This document shows, piece by piece, positions 1 to 9,965 of a stretch of DNA of 64,000 nucleotides; position 1 is the first letter of the stretch; every line of letters starts with the position of its first letter. Source of the DNA: Patescibacteria group bacterium (GTDB lineage Bacteria > Patescibacteriota > Patescibacteriia > UBA9934). The position numbers were made by a program, and so were the translations under genes. The stretch lies in assembly GCA_041666145.1 (NCBI GenBank), contig JBAYHK010000002.1:260-64259 (forward strand), given 5' to 3'. The notes beneath the pieces are model-generated. The model was given only the letters and a program-made list of their open reading frames with translations. It did no database searches and had not been told where the DNA came from.

Positions 1-857
1 GAACCACCAGAAACCACAATACCCTTATCCATCACATCAGCAGAAAGTTCTGGAGGGGTTTCATTAAGCACTTCTTTTAATGTCGAAATGATTCCTTCAA
101 GTAATGGCTGAATAGCCTCAGTGACATCATCGGAAGTTACTTCAAGAATCTTTGGCAACCCAGTTATCATGTCTCGCCCCTTAATTTCCATTCGAAGTTT
201 TTCTGGAAGAAATATAGCGGAACCACAACGAATCTTAATATCTTCCGCGGTTCTTTCACCAATTGCCAAACTGTATGTTCGACGAACATGTTCCATGATT
301 GCTGCGTCCATTTTTACGCCGCCAATTCGCACCGACGTTGACGCAACAATACCGCCAAGAGAAATGACTGCCATTTCGCTCGTTCCGCCACCAATCTCTA
401 CGATCATGTGTCCATTCGGTGATCCAATGGGAATATTTGCGCCAATTGCTGCAACAATAGGTTGCTTAATAATATATGCGCTTTTTGCTCCTGCAGAAAT
501 TGCAGCATCTACGACTGCACGTCGTTCTGTGCTCGTTATTCCTCCCGGAACAGCAATCATGACTTCTGGACGAAAAATGCGAATACCGCCAAGCGCTTTA
601 TTCATGAAGTACCGCAACATTGCTTCTGTAGTTCTATAGTCAGCAATAACACCATCTTTCAAGGGCCGACGAGCAATGATGGTATCTGGAGTACGACCAA
701 GCATGTCTTTTGCTTCTTTTCCAACAGCAAGAACAGTCTTATCAATTTTTGAAACTGCAACAACAGAAGGCTCATTAATAATAATTCCTCGCTTTGGCAC
801 ATACACCAAAACTGTTGTGGTCCCAAGATCAATTCCTATCTTTTTGTTGAATCCCAT
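1..857 (-). CDS. mreB: Rod shape-determining actin-like protein MreB. The N-terminal ~285 aa are present; the C-terminus lies beyond the window start
   Basis: Reverse-strand translation from the ATG at 857 reads MGFNKKIGIDLGTTTVLVYVPKRGII, and further on GTSEMAVISLGGIVASTSVRIGGVKMDAAIMEHVRRTYSLAIGERTAEDIKIRCGSA. These are canonical MreB phosphate-1 and connect motifs. The gene is missing from the ORF track because the window edge truncates it. Confidence 0.85.
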   Translation of the reverse strand, partial: MGFNKKIGIDLGTTTVLVYVPKRGIIINEPSVVAVSKIDKTVLAVGKEAKDMLGRTPDTIIARRPLKDGVIADYRTTEAMLRYFMNKALGGIRIFRPEVMIAVPGGITSTERRAVVDAAISAGAKSAYIIKQPIVAAIGANIPIGSPNGHMIVEIGGGTSEMAVISLGGIVASTSVRIGGVKMDAAIMEHVRRTYSLAIGERTAEDIKIRCGSAIFLPEKLRMEIKGRDMITGLPKILEVTSDDVTEAIQPLLEGIISTLKEVLNETPPELSADVMDKGIVVSGG

Positions 858-930
858 ATCGCCCTCAGCCTACTCCAATCTTGGCGACAGTGACGAATAA
901 ACTATCCCCAAAAAATGGGGAGGAAAATAC

Positions 931-2943
931 TCAAAATTCAATGAAAAAATCCTGGTCATGTTCCAAAGTCCCCTGAAAGGAATACACATCGTCGCCCCAA
1001 GCAGAAGACGCTTCTGAAGGCAATGCACTTCTTATCTTCTTATTAAAATCCAAATGAAAATCAATTTCTGGATCTAAAGCACCAAGTTGCTTCATGAGCC
1101 GTAATCGATATGATCCAGCAGCAATGGCATCGTCAATAGATTTTGGTAGTGTATAAACAAACGTTAATGTTCGAGATTGCCCTGGCTCAATAGATGTAAA
1201 TGTTCCAAAACTCGTCAAACCGAATTCGGACATTGTCGTAACCTCTCCAGGCAAACTCTGCGGGTTACGAATTGCGTCGTTTGCGAGGGAACCAGAAACG
1301 GAAATCAATTTCGCTCCAGCTGGAACATAAATTCTTGTATACGTTCTGTATCTTGAAGTCTTCCAATCAAACGTTCCTTGATGGTCATACCTAATAGATG
1401 CCGTTGCCTGATATCCAGTCACTGTCGGAATTATCGAATACGCGATTGATCGCTTCACTACAGGATCAGATTTCAATGAAGCCATATTTGCATCAACAAC
1501 CATGAAAACATCATTTGCATTTCCTTGCGTCACAGCTCCAGACCATCCATAATCTTTCAAAATCGCCTGCGCATCTTCATCTGTACTAAAAAAAGCTACA
1601 TCTTTATCTGCAAACCCAGAAGATAAAAGGGAAAAGACGTCGGCGAATCGTGACGGCGACACCTCAAGAAGCTTATCTAAAACCGCATTCGTCAATTCAC
1701 CAAGCACATCCTTACGATCACTTCGTGCAATACCTTGCTGCTCAAATGCAATTTCAACTTGATACTCTAAAAAGTCTGCAGCATTCTGAGAGTCATACGT
1801 CACACCGTTTACCGTGACTGGCCCAACAAAATCAAGAAGATGCTCCATAAATCCAGTCGTAATGCCAATCACTCCGTCTATCTGCGGGACTGGCCGACCG
1901 GCAACTGCAAACTCCTGTCGAAGAAGTGACGCGGTTTCTTGCGCTCCGGTGGGAAAATCTGGAGACCATGTCCCATCACGAAAATACCAAATTGGCTGCT
2001 CGAGATACTGTGCAATTGGTGAAGGTGACACAACGGCATACGCTGAGTTTTGCGCAACCAATGCGTCAACAGCATAAGCGTCGTCGGTAGTTAGACTCTT
2101 CATGTCCCCGTCACGAATAACAAGCAATCCATATGATCCTAAGAATCCTCCCGTTGGTCGAAGCTCCGTATCATTCATGAAAAGGAGAAGAAACTGTCGA
2201 TCACCCCTAAGGCCGGCAAACTCGCGCGTTATTCCAGCGAATGGAACAAGGAAATCAACTGACGTTTTTAAATCTGCGACTACTGCGGCAAATGGAGCAA
2301 TGAGCTCTCCAATAGCTGCAGTTTCTGGTAACGTTTCAAATGTCGCAATATTCTCACTCGCCAGCGCAAGCTTTACTTGCATAATCTGCAAATCCGGAAA
2401 TGAATCTGCAAAACGCACGAACAATGCACGCTTCACCGATATTGGAAGATCATGGATTGCGGTATGTTCTGAGCCTGGATCATTCCATGCAAGTGCTTTC
2501 CGCGCATCAGCAACAACGCCGTAAACATCGTTTGCAATTGTAACTGCATCTGCAAGAACATCAATCGTATTTTTCGTTGCATCAAGAACTCCAACCGTCG
2601 CGTCGTAACGAATTCCAATCCACGGAATATGAGAGGCAAAAGACACCATTTCAGCACCAGCTTGTGCCTCAAGCACGCCATCAGATGCTGCAGTTAAATT
2701 TATCTGCGCATTAAAAAAATCTGTTTCTGCAATATCTTCCTTGGCCGCAAGCAATGCATCACGCGTAGCGATTCCTCCTCGAACAACTCGAGTTGCAGCA
2801 ACTCCTACATAAATACACCCAAAAAAAATCGCTCCGACAATTAGCACAATCCCAATACCAAAATGCCACCGTCGCCGTCGACGCAAACTCGGCGCAGGTA
2901 CTGGCACCTTTGAAACCTCAGAAGTAGACGGTTCAAGAAACAT
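931..2943 (-). CDS. Large membrane-anchored extracytoplasmic protein, possibly DUF4012-like and envelope-associated
   Basis: 670-aa ORF with an Arg-rich N-terminus and a single hydrophobic helix (IGIVLIVGAIFFGCIYVGVAA). The remainder is hydrophilic. It lies in the same orientation directly downstream of two glycosyltransferases. The family assignment is from memory and was not searched. Confidence 0.45.
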   Translation of the reverse strand: MFLEPSTSEVSKVPVPAPSLRRRRRWHFGIGIVLIVGAIFFGCIYVGVAATRVVRGGIATRDALLAAKEDIAETDFFNAQINLTAASDGVLEAQAGAEMVSFASHIPWIGIRYDATVGVLDATKNTIDVLADAVTIANDVYGVVADARKALAWNDPGSEHTAIHDLPISVKRALFVRFADSFPDLQIMQVKLALASENIATFETLPETAAIGELIAPFAAVVADLKTSVDFLVPFAGITREFAGLRGDRQFLLLFMNDTELRPTGGFLGSYGLLVIRDGDMKSLTTDDAYAVDALVAQNSAYAVVSPSPIAQYLEQPIWYFRDGTWSPDFPTGAQETASLLRQEFAVAGRPVPQIDGVIGITTGFMEHLLDFVGPVTVNGVTYDSQNAADFLEYQVEIAFEQQGIARSDRKDVLGELTNAVLDKLLEVSPSRFADVFSLLSSGFADKDVAFFSTDEDAQAILKDYGWSGAVTQGNANDVFMVVDANMASLKSDPVVKRSIAYSIIPTVTGYQATASIRYDHQGTFDWKTSRYRTYTRIYVPAGAKLISVSGSLANDAIRNPQSLPGEVTTMSEFGLTSFGTFTSIEPGQSRTLTFVYTLPKSIDDAIAAGSYRLRLMKQLGALDPEIDFHLDFNKKIRSALPSEASSAWGDDVYSFQGTLEHDQDFFIEF

Positions 2944-2961
2944 GGAAGCGATAAATTGCCT

Positions 2962-3987
2962 TCAGTGTATCACGCGCAACGAAAATTTCCGACGAATTTC
3001 TGCGAGAGATATCTGAGAATGCTGAGAAAGAAATCGACGAGCCTTCCACATCCGAAAAAAAGGAAAAAGGAAAAATTCCTTTCGATGAGAAGAATGAAAA
3101 AATCTCTCCAATACGCTTCGCGGGAGATCCAAAAATATCGCTCGAGGAAGATACTGTATGCATGCAATAAAACTAAGATGTTTCCAAAGCAACAACCAAT
3201 AATCAAAAATGAAATCAGGAGAACTCCTCTGGAGTCTAAGCCATCGAGTCTTGTGAAGGTCAGTCGCGAAACCCCGATACCGATGCGCTTTTGCACTTGG
3301 ATCAAATTTCGTCACAAATCCGCTACGCGCGCACCGCAACGCAAAATCAATCTCACCCATCCTCTCACTCAAAATATCGTCAAATACTTTTCCTTCATAA
3401 AGCAGGGACTCGAGCACACGGGCACGCATGCACAAAATACCAGATGCAGATAAAATATCATCAGTATTCATGTCATATTGTCCCCGGTCCATGTCTCCAG
3501 CACCTCGATCTGCAAAGCGCCACCATGGAAGAATTACTCTTCCTGTAGTGTCGATAATATCGGACTGCACAGCATCTGTGTCTCCATCGCCACGTTCAGA
3601 AAATGCACGAAGGATTTTTGGCTGTAAAAGATCAATATCAGGATTCTCTTCAAATGTACGCAAAAGATTCGCGATCATATCAGGCTGCAAAACCATTCCG
3701 CTCTCCGTAAAAATCACCACATGAGAGCTTTGATCATCATGAAAGCGCTCAAGAGCAATTCGAATGAGTTGATTTCGAGCCACCGCAGCCCCAACATATC
3801 TCGTACTCCGAACCACAAGCCAATGTGGTTCATTTTTTAAAATGTACTGCACTGTTTCACCGTCAGAACTTCCATTATCAAACATGCGAATCGTTATATC
3901 TTTATGCGTTTGTGCATGGATCGAAGCAAAAAGATTCGGCAAATACCCAACATCATTCCAGGTGGTTATACAAAGAGACACATGCAT
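2962..3987 (-). CDS. Family 2 glycosyltransferase (GT-A fold)
   Basis: N-terminus CITTWNDVGYLPNLFASIHAQTHKDITIRMFDNGSSDGE matches the GT2 signature (Rossmann start, then D-x-GS-D). The size, 341 aa, is typical. Confidence 0.75.
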   Translation of the reverse strand: MHVSLCITTWNDVGYLPNLFASIHAQTHKDITIRMFDNGSSDGETVQYILKNEPHWLVVRSTRYVGAAVARNQLIRIALERFHDDQSSHVVIFTESGMVLQPDMIANLLRTFEENPDIDLLQPKILRAFSERGDGDTDAVQSDIIDTTGRVILPWWRFADRGAGDMDRGQYDMNTDDILSASGILCMRARVLESLLYEGKVFDDILSERMGEIDFALRCARSGFVTKFDPSAKAHRYRGFATDLHKTRWLRLQRSSPDFIFDYWLLLWKHLSFIACIQYLPRAIFLDLPRSVLERFFHSSHRKEFFLFPFFRMWKARRFLSQHSQISLAEIRRKFSLRVIH

Positions 3988-3996
3988 ATTCGAAAA

Positions 3997-5490
3997 CTAG
4001 TCACGAGACGATGCAATCTTCTTTGTTACGTTAAATCCAAGATACTTTCCGAACATAAAACGTGTTTGCGCATCAAGTGCAGGCAATGCTCCAAAGAGAA
4101 CAAAAGTTACCGGAGACAATACCCACTGGCCAAACATCACAAGCCAAGTAAAACGCGATGCTCTCTGCGGGCGCGGAGGGAGCAAGAAAAAGCTCAGCCC
4201 TCCAGTTACAAAAACACCAAAAGTTGCAAGTCGCATCATTGCTTCGAGCGTATAAGGAGAATTTACAATAATCGCGCTCTGCGAATTCGTAACGGTCAAA
4301 AATGGAACGTATCCGAGAATAAAAATAATGAATGGCGCCACAGCCCAAGTGAACATCCCTTCCAAATGGTTAAAAAGATATGTCACCTTTTTCTTCCAAG
4401 ACAGCAATGGATGCTCTCGAAACTTTGTCACCATGTATGGAAAATGCTCAACACCCCATGCCCATCGACGCTGCTGCTTATACAGTGCGACAAGACTCTC
4501 CCAATACGTTCCACCCGCAACAGTATCCATAGATACCGGAAGGAAAACTGGAGTAACACGATAGTCCCCGTTGTAGTGCAAAAATGCCTGCATAAAAATA
4601 CGCGAATCTTCACTCACCAAATCCGGTTCCCAAAACCCAACATCAACCAACATACGCCATGGCATGGAGTGCGAAGAAAAAGTCCACAATCGCTCAGGCC
4701 TCACTAGCTCCGCAAGCAACCAAAATGTTGTTCCAAATGCAGCAATGCGTACCGGCGCTGCTGCTGTCCAAATATTATTAGAAAATACAGTGACCGGCTG
4801 AAATGACGTCCGAGTTGGATTTGGTTCTGTGAGAAAAAGGTGTGTAAGTTTTGCGAAATATTGCGGATGAGCCACGGTATCAATATCAAATGCAGAAACA
4901 ATAATGTCATCGTATGGAATACCCTTCTCATCAATAATCTTTTTTATCTCACCGCCCATGTGATGAAGATTTGATCCCTTACCCACGATTTCTCCAGGAA
5001 TCTGAAACGGATGAATCGTAATAATAAAATCCGCAAAATTCGCACCATATTGGTCTCGCATCTTTGAAGCAATCCGAGAGAAATTCTCCTGATCACGCTC
5101 CTCACCTCCGAGCGCGACAATCATGCGATCTGTTCGATACGGGCCACGAAGAAGTGACCGAATAGCCTCCTCCACGATTGACTCATCTTCTCCAACTGTC
5201 GGAAGCATAACCAAATGGTAGACGCGCTCCCAATTCGGCAACTTCTTTACCTCAGCGTGCCAATCGATAGCTATCGTCTTCCTATATGACCGATATGCCG
5301 CAACAACGTGAATAACAAAATAATAAACTCTTAACATCCAGTACAGATCAAAAACAATAATAAAAACTATACCGACAACTGGAGCAAAAATAGAAAGGGC
5401 GAGAATAGTAAATAAAACAGACCACGCAATAATTCCCGGAATCATTTCTAATCTTCTATACCTACCATATTGACCAAATTGTTCAGCCAT
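3997..5490 (-). CDS. Integral-membrane processive family-2 glycosyltransferase (cellulose/chitin/hyaluronan-synthase-like)
   Basis: N-terminal TM pair, cytoplasmic GT domain with DxD-like FDIDT, a QQRRW motif (YKQQRRWAWG) of the Q(Q/R)xRW type typical of processive GT2, and C-terminal TM helices. Confidence 0.6.
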   Translation of the reverse strand: MAEQFGQYGRYRRLEMIPGIIAWSVLFTILALSIFAPVVGIVFIIVFDLYWMLRVYYFVIHVVAAYRSYRKTIAIDWHAEVKKLPNWERVYHLVMLPTVGEDESIVEEAIRSLLRGPYRTDRMIVALGGEERDQENFSRIASKMRDQYGANFADFIITIHPFQIPGEIVGKGSNLHHMGGEIKKIIDEKGIPYDDIIVSAFDIDTVAHPQYFAKLTHLFLTEPNPTRTSFQPVTVFSNNIWTAAAPVRIAAFGTTFWLLAELVRPERLWTFSSHSMPWRMLVDVGFWEPDLVSEDSRIFMQAFLHYNGDYRVTPVFLPVSMDTVAGGTYWESLVALYKQQRRWAWGVEHFPYMVTKFREHPLLSWKKKVTYLFNHLEGMFTWAVAPFIIFILGYVPFLTVTNSQSAIIVNSPYTLEAMMRLATFGVFVTGGLSFFLLPPRPQRASRFTWLVMFGQWVLSPVTFVLFGALPALDAQTRFMFGKYLGFNVTKKIASSRD

Positions 5491-5497
5491 ACTGTTT

Positions 5498-5926
5498 TTA
5501 TCGACGCAAAGCGTCTTTATTACTTGCTGTTATCCGTGCAGCGTATGCATAAATTGGCCGTGCCATTGGGATGGACTTCGCATCACGAAGTGCAACAAGG
5601 ATCGTTCGATCGTCTGCATCTTTTTCTAAAGAAACACCGAAAATTGGAATCGATCGAGCAAATGCAAACGCGTTCACAATGGCGAGTGTACTTCGAAGTG
5701 CCGTAGCAGATCCTGGCCCAAGAACTACAACAATTCCAGAAATCTGCCCGGAACCTGGCATGTCAATCATTTGAGTTATTTTGCCTAAAAACTCCTCTGG
5801 CGAAAGCTGAAAACGAAAAGGCTGCAAAAGAAATATCGATCGCTCATCATTAAGTATGCCTAAAACTAGAGAATCAATCTCGCTCCCATTTACATAAAGC
5901 ATCATAGTTTTGGAAGAGTGTTCCAA
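5498..5926 (-). CDS. tsaB: tRNA threonylcarbamoyladenosine biosynthesis protein TsaB (YeaZ), short form
   Basis: IVVVLGPGSATALRSTLAIVNAFAFARSIPIFGVSL matches the TsaB/Kae1-fold GPGSFTG-type block. The protein is 142 aa. Its start overlaps the stop of the upstream gene. Confidence 0.7.
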   Translation of the reverse strand: MEHSSKTMMLYVNGSEIDSLVLGILNDERSIFLLQPFRFQLSPEEFLGKITQMIDMPGSGQISGIVVVLGPGSATALRSTLAIVNAFAFARSIPIFGVSLEKDADDRTILVALRDAKSIPMARPIYAYAARITASNKDALRR

Positions 5927-6561
5927 AGAATCACGTTCTTCGCACCCAAAATACCGGCGAGAAACCTATCGCCAACTTCTTGTCTATATAAAAACTCATC
6001 ACGCGGCATAGCAGTGTAATTCACCTCTCTCGCGATGTCTCGTTCAAATTCGCGAACCGCAAGCGCAAGATCTTCGGAATCAATAGTGCCTACGATAAAT
6101 AAATCTGTTGGGACATCTTCCGAGTCAACGAATCTCCCGGTAAGCAAAACTAAACTTATATCGCCCTTCTCCTTAAGTACACGAACAATTTCTTGATTCA
6201 TTAATACCGCAGCCTTTCGCATAACTCCTCGTAAATCATCAAACAATGGGAACTCAACATTCGCCCGATAAAACTTCTTCTTCTCCCCCTTGCGCTCAAC
6301 GTCATCATCCGAAGCCTCTACAGCAAGTATTTTCCCTTCCACTTCAAGAACAATTCCAACATCAACTAAATTCTTCAGCTCTCGACGAACCGAGTTCAGC
6401 TGAGCGTCAATACGACGCGTCAATTCTCGAACATAAAAGGCTCGGTCCGCATTCTCTAAAAAGAGTGTCAGCAGCCGAGCGCGAGTCTTTGAACCAAAAA
6501 GTTGTTCAATCCGAAATTCTCGAATACCTTCTCCTCGCTGTTCCTGAGTTTCATTGTCCAT
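5902..6561 (-). CDS. Putative winged-helix DNA-binding protein with an uncharacterised C-terminal domain
   Basis: N-terminal segment KTRARLLTLFLENADRAFYVRELTRRIDAQLNSVRRELKNLVDVGIV resembles ArsR/MarR-like wHTH. The C-terminal 100 aa are not recognised. Confidence 0.4.
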   Translation of the reverse strand: MDNETQEQRGEGIREFRIEQLFGSKTRARLLTLFLENADRAFYVRELTRRIDAQLNSVRRELKNLVDVGIVLEVEGKILAVEASDDDVERKGEKKKFYRANVEFPLFDDLRGVMRKAAVLMNQEIVRVLKEKGDISLVLLTGRFVDSEDVPTDLFIVGTIDSEDLALAVREFERDIAREVNYTAMPRDEFLYRQEVGDRFLAGILGAKNVILWNTLPKL

Positions 6562-6611
6562 AGGCTAAAATCTGCCTATACTGTACAAAGAATCCTTCTT
6601 CTCGCGCAACC

Positions 6612-8759
6612 ATGAACACCCCAATCTTCCGCCTCAAATCCGCAGAACTCCTCGTGCCTGGATCATCACCAGAGCATATGAGTGTAAAAACCATACTTTT
6701 GACTCTTTCAAAAGGCAATGGAAGTATTTTTGGTCTTATCAACGTCACGTCAAGACAAGAAGAGGAACGAGAACGGCTCCTTCATATTGTTAGCAGTCAC
6801 CTTGAAGTAATGAAATCCGACATCACATCTGAAGAAATCAATATTCCAAGACGGTTCGAATCCATGCTCGTCACCCTAAATGCCGATCTTGCACGATTTG
6901 CGGGTTCACACAATGTCCCACTAAAGAATGTCAACATTATTGTTGGCGTCATGACCAATACCCAAGTTTTTTTTAGTGGCACAGGCACAAATCACGCACT
7001 TTTTCTTCATCGGACTGCAGAACGTAGATATGTTATATACGAACTCGATCTTCAACTTGCAAGCCAAGAAAATACATGGGAGAAGCCACTTATAACTGTA
7101 CTTGACGGAGAGCTTCATGCTGGCGACGTTTTTTATGTCGCGACACGCGTTCCGCCACACGCACTAAGCCTGAGTGATCTGCAAGACATCCTTGTTACGC
7201 TCCCACCAAATGGAGCGCTTGAACGCATCCAACAATTCGTCCCGGTTACAACAACCTTCGGAAGTGTGTGTTTCCATATTAATGACGACGCACCGATTGG
7301 CCCACCGAAAAAAGGAAATCCGATGGCATCACTTTCCAACCTAGAAGAAACAAAAACACGTACTGCGGATTTGCTTGGCGATCAAACTCCAGACATCGCA
7401 CAAAAAATCGTCGCTCTCATGAATTCCACAAAAAAGATACTCATGTCTTACAGTGAAAATGCAGTGTGGCGTGGTGTAAAACGCATATTACGTGAAGCCA
7501 TAAACATGATCGAATCACTTTTACGCAATAAGAGTGAGAACAAACCCACACAAACGAGACACTTACAAAACCCTAACAGTCGCTTTGCTGGACTTTCTAC
7601 AAAAATTATCGCACTCCGCCATGCAGGAATTACCGCGGCACAAGGGACGTCTCGAACAACAAAAATCGTAGGAATAATTGTTGCAATTATTTGTATCATT
7701 ATTATTGTAAGTATCGGAACGAATCGCGCACAACAACGCAATGCAACGGCAAACGCAACGTACGAATCGCTCGTAACAAAAATCGAAGAGAAGCGTACGA
7801 CTGCAGAAGCATCAATCATTTATGGAAACACCCAAGATGCGCAAATCCTCCTGACAGACGCAAAAACGCTCATCGCGACGCTTCCAAGAGAGACGAGTGC
7901 TCAGGAAACAAAAGCGGAATATCTTCTCAACGCCGTTAACGAACTTCTCGGAAAAACTCGAGGGCTCGAAACTGTCATTCCAACAATCATTGCCACACTC
8001 CCTGCAGAATTCGCCTTCCCGTTAATTGGAATGACCAGTGCAGAAAATGCAATATACGGAGTTGCGGCAGATGCAGCACCATGGCGAGTGAATGAAATTA
8101 ATAAATTACTTGAACGAGTAGACATCAACACGAGTCCGGCGCAAAACATCACAATAATAACTAGTGAAGGAGAAAACATTCTCAGCGTCGACATGGACAA
8201 ACGACTTTGGCGTACAACCACAGGTGTCCCGAGCGTAACATCGCTTACCAGTGGAATGGACTCAATGTCGAGCGTCGAAGATTTTGCCTCTTATAATGAC
8301 AATATATACGCACTTTCTTCTGTAAGCGGCCAAATTATAAAAATGCGACCACAAGGACTCAATTTTGAAGCAGGAACTCCTTGGATCAGTGCGAAAACGA
8401 GCGATCTTTCACAAACCCATGCGCTCGCCATTGATGGAAACGTCTGGATTTTGTCAGATAACGATGTTGTAAAGTTCGCAAGCGGAAAAGAAATTCCTTG
8501 GGACCACGCAACCATCGATCCTTCACTCGAAAAACCTATCGACATCTGGACCGATGTTGATTCAAAATATCTCTACATTCTTGATGGTAAAGATGGACGA
8601 GTTCTTGTTATGGACAAAGAAGGAGGCGGAATCGTTGCTCAATACATTGCAAACATCTCGGGAATTGTAGGATTCACAGTCCGAGAAAGTGAAAATAGAA
8701 TTCTTCTCTCCACAGCAACAACGATCTATTCCTACACAGCATCACATCTGCTCAAGTAA
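6612..8759 (+). CDS. Hypothetical single-pass membrane protein (715 aa) with a cytoplasmic N-domain and a large extracytoplasmic C-domain
   Basis: Long ORF with one strong hydrophobic helix (IVGIIVAIICIIIIVSIG) near residue 350. The C-terminal half is rich in short beta-like repeats (WILSDND, YILDGKDGRVLVMD) suggestive of a propeller. No family recognised. Confidence 0.55.
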   Translation: MNTPIFRLKSAELLVPGSSPEHMSVKTILLTLSKGNGSIFGLINVTSRQEEERERLLHIVSSHLEVMKSDITSEEINIPRRFESMLVTLNADLARFAGSHNVPLKNVNIIVGVMTNTQVFFSGTGTNHALFLHRTAERRYVIYELDLQLASQENTWEKPLITVLDGELHAGDVFYVATRVPPHALSLSDLQDILVTLPPNGALERIQQFVPVTTTFGSVCFHINDDAPIGPPKKGNPMASLSNLEETKTRTADLLGDQTPDIAQKIVALMNSTKKILMSYSENAVWRGVKRILREAINMIESLLRNKSENKPTQTRHLQNPNSRFAGLSTKIIALRHAGITAAQGTSRTTKIVGIIVAIICIIIIVSIGTNRAQQRNATANATYESLVTKIEEKRTTAEASIIYGNTQDAQILLTDAKTLIATLPRETSAQETKAEYLLNAVNELLGKTRGLETVIPTIIATLPAEFAFPLIGMTSAENAIYGVAADAAPWRVNEINKLLERVDINTSPAQNITIITSEGENILSVDMDKRLWRTTTGVPSVTSLTSGMDSMSSVEDFASYNDNIYALSSVSGQIIKMRPQGLNFEAGTPWISAKTSDLSQTHALAIDGNVWILSDNDVVKFASGKEIPWDHATIDPSLEKPIDIWTDVDSKYLYILDGKDGRVLVMDKEGGGIVAQYIANISGIVGFTVRESENRILLSTATTIYSYTASHLLK

Positions 8760-8809
8760 AATCCGCATATCAAAAAACCTCCAGCAAACGCTGGAGGTTT
8801 TTTCTAAAG

Positions 8810-9193
8810 TTACTTCAATGTGACTGTAGCACCAGATGCTTCCAATTTTGCCTTCATGTCATCTGCTTCTGCCTTTGACACATTCTCCTTTACTGCCTTT
8901 GGCGCTGCGTCAACGATGTCCTTCGCTTCCTTAAGCCCGAGACCGGTGACTTCGCGAACTGCTTTAATGACGTTAATCTTACTGTCGCCAACTGCAGTGA
9001 TCTCAACAGTGAACGTGCTCTTCTCCTCTTCTACTGGAGCACCTGCCGCTGCTGGAGCTGCCATCATCATTGCTGGAGCTGCTGCGGAAACGCCGAAATT
9101 CTCTTCCAAAACCTTTACCAATTCTGAAAGGTCCAATACAGACATCTTTTCAATTTCGCTCACGATTGACTGAAACTTTGCTGGGATTTCCAT
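8810..9193 (-). CDS. rplL: 50S ribosomal protein L7/L12
   Basis: The full sequence, including the AAAPAAAGA hinge and the C-terminal [40 protein letters not shown], is a canonical L7/L12. Confidence 0.95.
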   Translation of the reverse strand: MEIPAKFQSIVSEIEKMSVLDLSELVKVLEENFGVSAAAPAMMMAAPAAAGAPVEEEKSTFTVEITAVGDSKINVIKAVREVTGLGLKEAKDIVDAAPKAVKENVSKAEADDMKAKLEASGATVTLK

Positions 9194-9204
9194 ACAAGAA
9201 ATAA

Positions 9205-9732
9205 TTAAGAAACTTTTTGATCCTTCACCGCACCAAGCACCGTAACCAAACCGCGCAAATTTCCTGCAAGAACATTAACGAATCCATTAACCGGTGCGTT
9301 AATCGTTCGAACCAATTGGCCAAGAAGCTGTTCCTTGCTTGGCAAGTCTGCCAAACGTCCAACTGCCTCTTTTCCAATCATCTTTCCTTCCAACACACCA
9401 GCAATGAGCGCTCCAATGTCATTTCCCCTCAGAAAATCTTTGAGCGTCTTTGCTGCACTGACCTCGTCACCGTATGACACGGCGGTAAGGATGGAACCTT
9501 GAAGCGCATCTGGAACAAAGCCTTCAATCCCCGCTTCTTTCGCGCCGAGTAAAAGCAACGTCTTCTTCGCAATGAAGATATCGACGCCGTTCTCTCGAGC
9601 TTTTGAACGCAAGGTATCGGCCTGTGCCATGGTGAAGCCAGAAACAGAGATAAATGCCGCGCCCTTCATGGCGCCAAGCTTCTCCGCAATACCGGCCACG
9701 ATATCGCGCTTTTGTGCACGAGACTTTGGCAT
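9205..9732 (-). CDS. rplJ: 50S ribosomal protein L10
   Basis: 175 aa with L10-like N-terminus [19 protein letters not shown]. Located immediately upstream of rplL on the same strand. Confidence 0.9.
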   Translation of the reverse strand: MPKSRAQKRDIVAGIAEKLGAMKGAAFISVSGFTMAQADTLRSKARENGVDIFIAKKTLLLLGAKEAGIEGFVPDALQGSILTAVSYGDEVSAAKTLKDFLRGNDIGALIAGVLEGKMIGKEAVGRLADLPSKEQLLGQLVRTINAPVNGFVNVLAGNLRGLVTVLGAVKDQKVS

Positions 9733-9935
9733 AGTGATGTTAATAAATAGCAGCCCTTTCGGGGCCGCAGACTTGTTTCCTCTTCGCTTTCCACAAAGCG
9801 CTGAAGAATAGAGATTCTCGGCAGGATTTCCAGCGCCTAACGGCGCAACCTGCTGTCTGCGGATCTCGAGGACGCGAATACTCTAGCACAATTACATCTT
9901 CCGTCAAATCTTTGCGAATCTTGGCCACTTTTTTT
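9733..9935 (-). promoter_or_regulatory. Putative rplJ 5' leader (possible L10 autoregulatory leader) and promoter region
   Basis: ~200-nt non-coding region upstream of rplJ containing a stable GC stem-loop (gcggccccgaaagggctgc on the minus strand). Identity as the L10-binding leader is inferred from position only. Confidence 0.3.
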
Positions 9936-9965
9936 GACGAAAGCCTCTTTTTCTGGTAGTATTGT

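Noticed and set aside
121-900. Three plus-strand ORFs (121-639, 462-752, 676-900) in the ORF track
   Set aside because: They are antisense to a clear MreB reading frame on the minus strand and have low-complexity, motif-free translations. They are spurious.
2956-4707. Plus-strand ORFs 2956-3453, 3904-4707 and others overlapping the glycosyltransferase genes
   Set aside because: They are antisense to strongly supported minus-strand GT genes and have basic, low-complexity translations typical of antisense frames.
6845-6870. GGTTCGAATCC, a tRNA T-loop-like string
   Set aside because: The flanks cannot form T-stem or acceptor-stem pairing, and it lies inside a long ORF. It is not a tRNA. No convincing tRNA was found anywhere in the window.
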